Assembly: GCA_965603825.1 (NCBI GenBank)
Contig: CBFDEM010000001.1
Location: forward strand, 248,001 to 312,000
Source: Blepharisma stoltei ATCC 30299
Lineage: Eukaryota > Protista > Ciliophora
Direction of reading: 5' to 3'
Length of the DNA stretch: 64,000 bases
The notes beneath the pieces are model-generated. The model searched no databases. It saw nothing but the letters and a program-made list of their open reading frames with translations, and was not told the origin of the DNA. Below, piece by piece: positions 11,640 through 22,557 of this stretch (position 1 is the stretch's first letter; the number at the start of each line of letters is the position of its first letter). The position numbers and the translations under genes were made by a program.

Positions 11640-14558
11640 TTATTTTAGTTTTGACACAAGCTTGGCTTCTAGGAGATTGAGTCTCATACTAATGTTATCT
11701 AAAGATATGTCTTCTTTCTTCTTAGGGGTTATATTTCTAATTCTTTCTTCAATTTCCTCTCTAATTATGGAGCGTTCGTATTTTAATTTGTGTAGATGCT
11801 CTCTCATTCTGGCTTCTTCCTTAATTGAATTAATCTTCGGAGGTGTATACGGGGATGAGCATTTTTCTTCAATTGGAGTTATTGACCTTAATGGCATTAT
11901 TATAGGTGATCTTTTTTGCTTCTCATATCGATTTTCTCTTAGATCTTTCTTATTAAGAGCTCGATCTTTTGGCTTATTTAGCTTATTAGAATCAGTTGAA
12001 ATTTTTTTGGCTTCATTTCTATAGCTTTCCTCTTTTTCCTCTTTTTCCTCTGTTTCTAATACATCATCTCGATGGCTAGTTTTATTCATTCTCAGGCTTA
12101 CTTCTAAATCCTGAAGTTCGATTTGTTTTGAGTTTAAGCATGATTTTAACTTTTTAACTTCACTTAGCCAATCAGATGGGTCATAATCTTGATATTTTGA
12201 AAGGTCTTTTCTTGCTTTTTGGACTGAAAGCTCCATTTTGTTGAGCTTGTGACTAATGTTTTGCTCTCTTTGGGTTAAAGATGTCTGGGATAGAGAATTT
12301 GAGTTTCTGGAAGGCGTGCTAAGCCATTTGTAAAAAAATATTGCTTTTTGGTATTTTTTAAGCATAAAGCCTGTTATCTTCTCTTTAGCATTTTTATTCT
12401 TTATTATTGTTTTTCATGTGCTAAATATCTTTGATTTTAATTTTCAGCCCTTGCTTTTCATGTGAACCTTAATCAATTTGTTTTGAAGCGCTTTTACCTT
12501 TTCTTTATCAATATTTGACTTTAGAGGTGTCCTTTTCCTTTGTATATAATTTTTCATTGAGAATTTATCACTTGCATCAAGGTCAGATAAGGCAAGCGAA
12601 TTATTTTTTTTGCAGCAATTTTTTCAATTTTGAAGACATTTTTTGCTGACTCTTGAAATTCGCTTGTCGGCAAAATCCAAGGCATTTTTTGTTTGCTCAT
12701 GTCTTAATCTCACATTATTTTTCAGCAATTTCAGCCCTCTAATACTAGTATTTTGATCATAAATTGCATCAGCTATACATATTTTTTCTTTTTTTGGAAT
12801 AGCGATTGCAAAATGCCATGCACACCAAGCATGCATAGCTCTTTTTTTCAATATTTTCTTATAATGATTGCTTGTCATAGACACTGTATCAAATGATTCT
12901 TTTTGGTGATTATTTTTTGCATATAAACTTCATTCTTTCAGAATTTTCAAGCCTATAAAATGAGAATGATTTACAATTGCCCGTTGCTTTTTCAAAAGTG
13001 TTTTTCTGTTCATTAATGGATACATAATCATCCTCTGAAAAATCTTATGCTTTAGCCTATAATTTCTTTGGTCCTGCATATCTCTAATAAGCAACTCTTT
13101 TCCTGTGAATATTCTTCATGATTTAAAGCAAGCTTCAAAGTACAAAAATGCTTTTTTTTCTCGAACATCTCTTATTAGAAACTCTGTCTTACTAAATCAT
13201 TTAAGCGAATAAAAAATCTTTTTCTTTAAATCATAAATTTTTTTATTTTTCTTTTTGCTAGTCCAAGTTCTTATTTTTTTTTGTCTTTGGGTTCTCATAG
13301 CAAATTTTGTAAAAATAGTTCTCAATAGTTGATTTCTTTTAAATCTGTCTGTAACTATATTTAATCCTTCTCTAATTGTAATTTGCATAGCATTTGTGTC
13401 AGAGCTTTTGCATTTTATATATTCAAGATGGTCATCAAGCTCACCATTTTGCGCGATAGGCAGCATTAATGCTTCGTTTTTTTCTCTGCTGTTTTTTCTT
13501 TGGATTACAATTTTGTGAGTTTCTTCATCAATAATATTATATTCATGGCCTGAAGTATTCAGCTGGAAAAAATCAGAAGTATTAGGCGTGCTTCTTTGGT
13601 TTCCACTAAATGTGCTGACAAAATCTAATGGTCTAGTAAATGATGATGATTTGTCTTCAGTCGATAATACAAAAGAGCCTTGCAAATAATCCTGCTGCTT
13701 TTGCGGGTTTCTTCCTTGGAATAGATTTAAGCATTCTTTTGCAAGTTCTTCACAAAAATCTGTAAGCTTCACTATTTTATCTTTTTGGAGCACCAAGCAT
13801 TCACTTCAAGCCCAATCCCAATCTTTGCTTTCTGCAGGCATTCCATCTAAGATTTCATTAACTTTTGCAATCACCCATATTTTTACATCAGACCTAAATT
13901 CCTCAGGCAGCTGCAGCTGCAATGTCGACACAAAAAGCCCTACATCAACCCCTCTATAATCAGTCAAAAACTGATTTATAATCATCTGCCTATGCATCCT
14001 TAATTTTTTCTTCAAATTGTCGAGCTTAATAATGATTTCTTCATTATTCATGATAATATTCGTCAGTCCTTCTTGCTTCTTTATAATCTTATCAGCCAAC
14101 TGTCGGTCTTCTGGCTGGATTTCTTCTAAATCTAAATTTTCTAGGCAAGGCAAATAATAAATCAAATGGTGCTTGTATATAGGAATTGAGCAAATTGGGT
14201 TCACTGAAAGGTCAAGTTCTTCTATCTGTGGGAGTTTTTCGAAAACTTCAAGCGATTCTATGCGATCAATATTGTTGTTTGACAAATTCAAAATTTTCAA
14301 AGAGTAAAATTGCGTTAAATATGAGATGTCAGATATGTAGTTATCGGCGAGGTTTAAGTAGGTGATGCTATGGTACATAGGATTAAGAAGATCAATTTGC
14401 TTTATGTTTTTGTTGGGAAGTTGGATTCTTTTACTATCTGCCAGATGGGAGGATTTTATGATGGCTTGGGAGAGAGACATAATGGTGGTTTTTCGTGATG
14501 ATGTGGGATGGTTTGGAGAGTCATATGAATTTTGGTAGGATAATTCAAAAGATTTCAT
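11640..14558 (-). CDS. LRR + coiled-coil + Sfi1-like (Trp-containing) repeat protein, 972 aa
   Basis: Four track ORFs are one frame joined only by TGA. N-terminal SDS22-type LRRs with an LRR cap (LSVNPICSIPIYKHHLIYYLPCLENLD). Repeated F/LxxW motifs (CFKSWR, ILKEWS, AMHAWC, CLQNWK, IFSTWK, FFYKWL). Confidence 0.75.
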
Positions 14559-14729
14559 AAATATGCTTATTATAGCAAACTATTTTAATATGATTCAACT
14601 GAAAATGGATTATACAGATTTGGATGCAATTCAAATGGTAGAGATTGCAGAGGTTTTAATATAAAATTTGTTATTTAGTCGTTAATATAATCTATTTGGA
14701 AAATTAGCATTAATAGTAAATTATTTAAA

Positions 14730-15326
14730 TTAATTTAATCTAATGTAGCCTTCATAGTTTTCTTTTGTCTTAAGCCTCTTATACAAGAAGATTAAAAGTG
14801 GGGTAGTCAAAACTGATAAAGCAGCAAATTTCCAATAAGATAATACTGAGCTCTCCTTAGCTTTATAAATTGCATTTAAAGAATTATCTGAATCTTCTGG
14901 CTCAGTGCTTACACACTGGTCTTTTAAACATTGGCTTAAGCATTTATCTATGTTTATTGTAGTTTGCTGTTTGCAATAATTAGTGCAAGACTCAATACAC
15001 TCAGTTTCGTCCATATTAGCTTTCATCCAATTGGTGTAAATTACTTTTGAGGTTTCATCAGAGCATCCAGCAGATATTAAGCACTTGTTTTTATCTTCAA
15101 TTTGCAGTTCTTTGCTGCAATATTTTATGATTTCCATGGTGCAATTGGAAATTCCTTCAAAAGTCGATATCTTGGTCTGTGTGATAGCCATCGAATCAAT
15201 GATTTTAGTTGAGGTGGAAGAAGTACTACATCCGCAATCGTTCAAGCAGGTTTCAGATTTGCAGCTTAAAAGACAAGGCAGTTTGCATGCTGAAATAAAC
15301 CCTATTAAAAGAACAAAGAGTCTCAT
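14730..15326 (-). CDS. Cysteine-rich type I membrane protein
   Basis: Signal peptide, CxxxC clusters, C-terminal TM helix and a short tail ending YEGYIRLN. Confidence 0.7.
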   Translation of the reverse strand: MRLFVLLIGFISACKLPCLLSCKSETCLNDCGCSTSSTSTKIIDSMAITQTKISTFEGISNCTMEIIKYCSKELQIEDKNKCLISAGCSDETSKVIYTNWMKANMDETECIESCTNYCKQQTTINIDKCLSQCLKDQCVSTEPEDSDNSLNAIYKAKESSVLSYWKFAALSVLTTPLLIFLYKRLKTKENYEGYIRLN

Positions 15327-16312
15327 TTATTAAATTGAGTAATATTTCATATTTTGACTTTGGGATATTTTAAAATATGAATTGCTTATTTGAATCAATA
15401 ATTAGGATATAACTAATATATTAAATTGGATATAAATTATGTATAAATGAGGATAGGTAATGCATTTTACCAAATAGTTTGATTAAATCTCTCTTATTAT
15501 TGAGCTTTTTATACAAATTCAGTTTATATTATACAATATTTATATTTGAAATTAATAAAAAGACATGAAATTAATAAATTCTGCATATAAATCCATTTTG
15601 TTGGATAATTACGCGAATAATTATGCCAATTTTCATTTTAAATTTATATGAGTAAATGGTTAAGATAGAGTTCCCAAGCAATTCTATCAATCAAATTTTA
15701 TGGGTTAAACGTAATTTACCCAAGCGATAAATTCCGCTTGACTCAATTATTTATGTAGGAGGGTTTTTTCTTCAAAAGCTGCATATTTTCTATTTGAAAC
15801 TTTTTTATTTTCCACCTGTACTAAAATTTCATTGGGCCAGGATACCTTCATGAAGTTGTTCGAAGCGATCTTGAGACAAGCATCTAGAGCAATGTTAAGT
15901 GGCAGAAGCTGCTCGAGTCAATTTGCCCACAAGCCGAATCCATCTAGTTAAAGAGTATAATGATGACGTCTGCAACTTGGAACTCAAAACTTCGAAAAAG
16001 TCATTTAGAAGGAAAGTTCGTGTGACTGGCAGTAGCTCTGCTGAAGCAAGCATCCTGACAGTAAGAAACAAGATAGTAGAGGGTTCCGAGTTGACCCAAA
16101 CGAAAGCTGCAATGCCATTAGTTGGCCAAAACTAGCCGGAATTTGATCCTTTATATCAATATTTTCAGATTTCTGTGGCTCATATATAAAATTTTTTAAA
16201 TTTCTAACATTAAGCAAGATTTCGCTAAATAGTAAGTTCATTATCTTTTAAATAAGGCTATCAAATTAGTAATACAATAAATTTTAATATTATCTATTAT
16301 TTTAACCAAAAG

Positions 16313-17599
16313 ATGTCTTATCATAAAAAGAAAATTGATGATTTTCAGCAGCATCGAAAATTTCCTACAAAGCCCTTGATTAAAAGAAAATATCTTAATG
16401 AGCTTGAATCATCTGAATCTGACAGCACAGCCGATATTCACCCATCCGAAAGACCTCTTAAAGCCAGACTTGAGTCTTTTAAAACAAGAACCATATGGAC
16501 TTTGCTTATGTTTGGAGGATTTTTGCTAATTGTAGCTGCAGGTCATCTGTATTGTTGCTTATTAGTACTTTTGGCGAATACTTTTATTTATAAAGAAATC
16601 TTGTCGATCAAAAGAAATGAACAGAGGGATTCAAAGCTTCCTTTCTTTTATATAATAAACTGATACTTTTTTATTCTTACAGAGTTGTGCACAACTTCAA
16701 TTTTACTTGAAGAACGAATTTTACTATTAGGAGGCACAGCAATTGAGCTTTTATATCAATATCATTATGTAACTTTTTTCTCTCTTTATGTTCTAGGAAT
16801 TGTATTATTTGTGATTTCACTGAGAAAAGGGTCTTATAAATATCAGTTTATGATATTCGCATGAACCCATATAGCTTGCTTGCTTGTAGTCACACAAAGC
16901 ACTACAATTCTTATGAACATTTACACTGGATTAATTTGGTTTTTACTGCCTGCCCTATTAGTAGTCGTAAATGATTGTTTTTCTTACATTTTCGGAGTAT
17001 TTTTTGGAAGAATCCAGCTTATAAAGGTAGTTCCTGACAAAACTCTAGAAGGTTTCATAGGAGGCTTACTGTCTACAATAATTTCTGCTTATATCGTATT
17101 TATTATTTAGCTTTCTCATGCTTTGGCTCAATACGATTATTTCTTATGTCCTCAGCCAGAAATTATTTTAACGCCTTTTACAAGTCTAACTTGCAACTCT
17201 GAAGATATTTTAATGAAAAAAGAAAGAATTTTGCCTTGGGTATTTCAATACATCGGCTTAAGCACTATAAATGCTTCATCATTAGAACTTCATGCAATGG
17301 TGTTAGGGGTTTTCGCAGGGTTTATTGCACCTTTCGGAGGATTTTTCGCATCGGGAGTTAAGAGAGCATTTAATTTAAAAGTATTTGGAGATTCTATACC
17401 AGGACATGGAGGAATTACTGATAGAATGGACTGCCAAATTATGATGGGGATGTTTACTTTCGTATGGATACATTCCATTGTATTGAAGAAGCCACCCTCA
17501 ATTGCAAGTGTGATGGTTCAAGTTATGAGCATGGAGCATAATGACCAAGTGTATTTGTTAGAGCAATTGAAAGAAGCTTTAGAAAATAGAAATAATTAG
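16313..17599 (+). CDS. CDS1: Phosphatidate cytidylyltransferase (CDP-DAG synthase), about 423 aa
   Basis: Motifs WFLLPALLVVVND, PDKTLEGFIGG and APFGGFFASGVKRAF...IPGHGGITDRMDCQ. Joined through two TGA and intron 17096-17110. Confidence 0.93.
17096..17110 (+). other. 15-nt intron GTATTTATTATTTAG
   Basis: Removes an in-frame TAG in the CDP-DAG synthase gene. Confidence 0.85.
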
Positions 17600-17927
17600 A
17601 AGGTATGTAGAATGAGAAAGATGGTGTATATTCTAGTGCTAAGCTTTTATTTTACTTACTTATTTAAGCATTAATGACTTTCTCTAATCTTCGGCTGATT
17701 CATTTATTAACTGTTCATTTTAAGCATAGGTAAATTCTCTGAATTTCAATGCAAAAGCATTTATTTTTTATTCAATAATATCCTGACTAAAATATTTGCA
17801 AATGAAATTTGTTTGCTATAGACAGGAGAGCTATACAATCAATTCTTATCTAAATAAGCTACTATTATACCTATGATTATTAGTTTCTTCACTTTATGGC
17901 ATTATCCATTAATAGATCCCCTTTATA

Positions 17928-18525
17928 ATGAACCCAGAAGAGCATTTAATTTTACGAGTACCCGAAGACTGGCTAAGAGAGCTAGACCCAAATTCAAAGC
18001 TTGAAATCATCCCTGACAACAACTCAGATGAAGACCCTGGCCGATTCTTTCAAATCAAGCTCAACACACTGGAATCAGTTGGATTTTTACTAGACCTGCC
18101 TTGCATAGTTGAAACACATAAAACTCTGGACTACATAAACTGCTTCAAAACATCAGATATCTCCCAGCTGCTTTATATCGTCCCTGAGCACGAAAAAACC
18201 AATCCTAGAGCCAAAAGTAAGAAATAAAATAGAGACTTCTTTAAGCCGAATGCTAATCAAAGGCGAAAAATACAAAGTAAAGTCTGGAATTACCCCAGGG
18301 ACTCACAATATCACTTCAAGGTTCTTTAAGAGGGAAGTGGAAGAGAATCCAGAAGAAGTCTCCAAGGTTGAAGCCTTGATCAAAAATGTAATGGAGTGTG
18401 GAACTGCAAGGGTGGTCCAAGAAGAAATCATAGAGCTGCAAGAAGGGGAAAATGTGCCTGAAAATTATGAGACCACTTATGATCCTAAAACACTCGAAGA
18501 TGAAGAAATGGATATTGACTCATAA
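17928..18525 (+). CDS. TAF7: TFIID subunit TAF7 (TAFII55 N-terminal domain), about 193 aa
   Basis: Motifs EEHLILRVP, LLDLPCIVETHKTLD...FKTSDISQLL and SGITPGTHNITSRFF. A 16-nt intron restores the frame. Confidence 0.9.
18217..18232 (+). other. 16-nt intron GTAAGAAATAAAATAG
   Basis: Accounts exactly for the +1 frame offset between the two TAF7 ORFs. Confidence 0.85.
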
Positions 18526-18593
18526 TGGAACTGCTAAAGTAATACACATAAATAAGGCTTTAAAAAAATTAATAAATAAGCTTTTGATTATTT

Positions 18594-19118
18594 TTAATTG
18601 TTAGAGTTTGGAAGATGCTCAAGAGCTTCCCTTATCATTTGAAAAGAGCCAGGCAGATTCCTAAGTGGCTCACAAGAAGCACCTTTATTAGCCAAGCCAA
18701 TAAAATATGCAGGATCTTTTCCTTGCCTACTTGCTTCTACAATTGCATATTTTCCTTGGCTTGTGCACTGATTCAAATTTGTTTCTTGCATTTGCACTGT
18801 TTCATAAAATCCTGCAGACAAGTTATTGATAATACAAAAGGTGAGAACAGTGTTTCCTTTGTAGTCTCTATTAACATCTGCATGCATTTCTCTAACAAGA
18901 TAAGGTATTAGCTTTGCTTTATCAAAGGCAGCTACATACATTAGAGGTGTCATTTCGATGTCATTGACTGTGAAAACTAATTCATTGATATTAATGTTGT
19001 TTTCTGTTATAATTTCTCGGATTCTTGAAGAGTTTGAAGTCCTTAAGGCTTCAGAAAGCTGGGAAGTAACCCCACTGTTTACTTCAGAATGAGAGTCTTT
19101 GGAGTTGGATAAGCCCAT
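18594..19118 (-). CDS. Small ankyrin-repeat protein with N-myristoylation motif
   Basis: MGLSNS start; TPLMYVAA...ADVNRDYKGNTVLTFC. Confidence 0.75.
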   Translation of the reverse strand: MGLSNSKDSHSEVNSGVTSQLSEALRTSNSSRIREIITENNININELVFTVNDIEMTPLMYVAAFDKAKLIPYLVREMHADVNRDYKGNTVLTFCIINNLSAGFYETVQMQETNLNQCTSQGKYAIVEASRQGKDPAYFIGLANKGASCEPLRNLPGSFQMIREALEHLPNSNN

Positions 19119-19346
19119 TTATAAATTAAAGATTTTATGAGGAAACTAGAATGATGCAAAGCGCATATAAAGGATTTAAAGATAAAACAAGCTTGCTTAA
19201 TGCATTATAACAAGATGGTTGAGAATTAGTCTAATATAAAGGGATATTGGGATTTATTGCTTTTTCCACTTTAGGAGAGCTGAAGAGTTTCTACAAATTA
19301 ATCAATAATAAAAGATTAGCAACATTTATTTAAATTAAGGGCAATA

Positions 19347-20453
19347 TTACAGCATAGAGAGGAGCTTAGCTTTTTCTTTTTCTAGTTCTTGAAGCTCAAT
19401 TAAAATACTTTTCTCTCTTGAAGTTAATTGCTGCAAAATAGAATCCTCTTGATAAATCTTATCAATATTTACAGTTTTCACAATTGGACTAAACCTTGAT
19501 GGGATTTTAGTCGGGATTGTTTGAACTTCTCTGCTTGCATCGGCCAAAAACTGGTCAAATGATAAAATCGGTGATTTTTCTACTGGTTTTTCTGCCTTTT
19601 TGCTAGCTCTATGTAGTGAAATCCCAAGGTTTTTGGTGATAATGTCACTTATAGCTTTGCTTATCATATGCTCAGCATTTGCTCTTCTAAATGACATACT
19701 CATTGAGTTCTCATTAAAAGACCTATTATGCTCATCTCTATCCGAAATTGGCTGAATATGGCTGTCTGATGTATCTAAGCTCTTTTTCCTTGGTGGCTTA
19801 TGAGCTGACCCTGACAAATCCAGCTTTGGTATTAAATTTGATGATGGCGACTGGAATTCTCCAGGCTCTGAAACTAAATCTTCAATAGATAAAGCACCAT
19901 CAAATGGGCTGTCATTTATTTCTTTACTATAATCAATGTATTTTTCGACCTTCTGCTTTATTGGTGGTATTTCTAACCCTTCAAGCTCAAGCAACGTTTT
20001 GTTAGGTGAACTTGTAGGTGTAGTTTCTTTTTCGTGTTTAGTTGGTGTTAAGTCAATTAACGGAGCTTTTACAGGAGTAAAGTCAATAAGGTGATCGTTT
20101 TCAATATCATTTTTAGGCGATGCAATGGGAGTGGCCTCTTTGGAGGTTAATGAGGATGTGGTTTCTGTAGGTCTGTATTTATTCCTAATTTCTTGGATCC
20201 AGATCTTGATTTTTTCATCAGTCACGACTCTAGATTCACTTAACCTTTTTTCTTCTTCATCTGCCTGTTTTTTTGATAATGAGATTCCAAATTTGCTTTC
20301 TATTCGACTTAATGTGTCTTGAGGATTTGAAGACTTATCTTTGACTGGCTGATTGAGTAAATGTCGATATTTGCTCATATTGTTTCTGTGCTTCTCCACT
20401 AGTTTTTCTATATCGGTTCCACTGCTTATTTGTGTCATTATATGATTTTTCAT
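19347..20453 (-). CDS. Hypothetical, largely disordered protein
   Basis: 368-codon ORF from ATG to TAA. Contains LIDF/LIDL/LLEL short motifs resembling clathrin-box-type signals. Confidence 0.7.
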   Translation of the reverse strand: MKNHIMTQISSGTDIEKLVEKHRNNMSKYRHLLNQPVKDKSSNPQDTLSRIESKFGISLSKKQADEEEKRLSESRVVTDEKIKIWIQEIRNKYRPTETTSSLTSKEATPIASPKNDIENDHLIDFTPVKAPLIDLTPTKHEKETTPTSSPNKTLLELEGLEIPPIKQKVEKYIDYSKEINDSPFDGALSIEDLVSEPGEFQSPSSNLIPKLDLSGSAHKPPRKKSLDTSDSHIQPISDRDEHNRSFNENSMSMSFRRANAEHMISKAISDIITKNLGISLHRASKKAEKPVEKSPILSFDQFLADASREVQTIPTKIPSRFSPIVKTVNIDKIYQEDSILQQLTSREKSILIELQELEKEKAKLLSML

Positions 20454-20637
20454 AATTTTAATTTATATTGCATTTGAAGAGAGCTAATGCTAGTATAATA
20501 AATAGCATAAATAAATTTTGATTTCAAATCGTTTAAAAACTATTTTTTAACTAAATAAAAAGATAACCAAACTTACCCTCCTATCTAACTTTATTTATTG
20601 AGCCTATATCTAAATAGATGATTCAAAAAAATACAAT

Positions 20638-21336
20638 ATGGCCTTTGAGGAAGCAGAAGGTTTTAGTGAGATATTAAAAAGTAAAACATATTTAGTTGTC
20701 CTCATAGGAGCAGCCAACGTAGGAAAAACTGCTTTAGTCTACCGCTATGTTTTGAATGAGCTTCCAGTAGCCCTTACTTCAACTATAGGAGTTGAATTCA
20801 CGAAAAGAGTTGTTACAAGCATTTCTACAGGACAAAAAGTCCAACTCCACATATGAGATACAGCAGGCCAAGAACGGTTCAAAAGCGTCACAAAGCATTA
20901 TTATCGAGGTGCTGATGCCTGCATAATAGTGTACGATATATCAAACAAAGAATCGTTTGAAGAGGTACCAAACTGGCTTGCTGAACTTAAAGACAATACT
21001 CCTGAAGAATGCATTGTCTGTTTACTAGGCAACAAAATGGACTTGGAAGCAACTAATCATAGAAGGGTATCACGTGAAGAAGCCATGAGGTATGCAAATG
21101 CCCATGGACTTGTATACCATGAAACTTCAGCATTTTGGGATAGAGAAGTCCAGATGAATCCAGATAAAATTGTGGGTGGGATAGAAAAAATTTTTGATAA
21201 AACCATTGGGAACGCATTAGGTAGACATAGCCTCAAAGATGAGCCGAAAGAGTTACTTAAGCCGAGTGGAAAAGGAGTGAAATTGGATTTGCAGCAATTA
21301 TATACGTACCATAGTGATAATAGATGTGGCTGCTAA
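20638..21336 (+). CDS. Rab-family GTPase (divergent), 232 aa
   Basis: GAANVGKT, TIGVEF, IW(TGA 20854-20856)DTAGQERF, GNKMD, ETSA and C-terminal CGC. Confidence 0.93.
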
Positions 21337-21442
21337 TATGTTTAGCGCGAAAAATATTTAAATTAAAAGCTTCTTTTAATTTACTGTGTGTTAAAAACAA
21401 TTTACACCAAAATAAATATTTAATTTCACATTTAATTTATGA

Positions 21443-22393
21443 TTATTTTGGAAGCATTGCTGGCGCATCAGCTTTTTGTATCGCCAATGTTTTGATTTCT
21501 TTATTTTCAGACAAATCAAGTACTTGAAACCTCAATCTTGAGCTCAAATTTTTCGCAAGTTCTTGCAATTTGACCACATACAGATGAAAAGTTTCTTTGT
21601 ATCTTGGACTAGCAAATAAAGAATTGCACACACTTAATAAATAGCACAAAGCCTCTATTGAATCTTCAGATCCAAGCTCAAGCATATAACTGCAGCAGCT
21701 GCAAATAATTTTTGGCGGAATTAATTTTGCCTTAAACAGTTCCCCAATAAATCTCACACACCCCAGCACCTTTTTTCTGTCCGAAAACTCCCCATTCTCA
21801 TGAGAATTTTCAAACATTACTTGACAAGCAGTAAGTAGATTATTCCTGAAATAAGAAATCTGCCTTGAAATTTCTACGCACATCTTCGCATAGGTTTCTG
21901 CATATTTCCCTTCAGCTGATGCTTTTTCTAGAATTAGAAGGCTGAGACTTTCTGATGATTCAGGAGAAAGCAAAGCGAGAAGCTTATTTTGAATTGATTC
22001 TGCATTTGTAGGGGCTAGCTTATTTAAAAGGGATTTAAAGTTCTTCGTCAATTCGTCGTTGCTGGATTTTAATTTTTGTGGGGTGCTTCGCCATGCAGAA
22101 CCGACAGTTTTTAATTTGCGATCTAAAATTTTTAAAATTGCGTCGCTTTTGATCTGGGATGATTCTTGGGATTTGACAGAGAGGATTTCGTCGTAGCTAT
22201 ATGTATGCTTGGAAACCTTTTTCCAAACTCGCTTGGGCTTTTCTTTTGTTGTTGATGCTCGGTGGCTTGGCTTTCTGTAAGTGTTTTTTTGGCTGCTCTG
22301 AGATAAGTAGTTGGAATTGGTTCTGCCTCTGAGGCGCTTGGGAGTATAAAGTCCTTGGTCAAGGGTCTGAGAGGGATCAGAGTTGCTTTCCAT
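21443..22393 (-). CDS. MIF4G-domain protein (short eIF4G-like)
   Basis: FKSLLNKLAPTN, ILEKASAEGKYAETYAKMC, LGCVRFIGELFK and SRLRFQVLDL, with a putative eIF4E-binding-like YSYDEIL upstream. Confidence 0.88.
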   Translation of the reverse strand: MESNSDPSQTLDQGLYTPKRLRGRTNSNYLSQSSQKNTYRKPSHRASTTKEKPKRVWKKVSKHTYSYDEILSVKSQESSQIKSDAILKILDRKLKTVGSAWRSTPQKLKSSNDELTKNFKSLLNKLAPTNAESIQNKLLALLSPESSESLSLLILEKASAEGKYAETYAKMCVEISRQISYFRNNLLTACQVMFENSHENGEFSDRKKVLGCVRFIGELFKAKLIPPKIICSCCSYMLELGSEDSIEALCYLLSVCNSLFASPRYKETFHLYVVKLQELAKNLSSRLRFQVLDLSENKEIKTLAIQKADAPAMLPK

Positions 22394-22557
22394 AGATTAT
22401 TTATTATACATTAGACTTACTTAATAGATGCTGTTTCTTATGCAAGGGGGTCTATTTATAATTATAATAAGATGCTAATTCTTTCAATTAAACATTATGA
22501 CTATTATTTAATAAATTGGGTTATATTTAATAAGCGTAAGTTATATTTAAGTTACAT

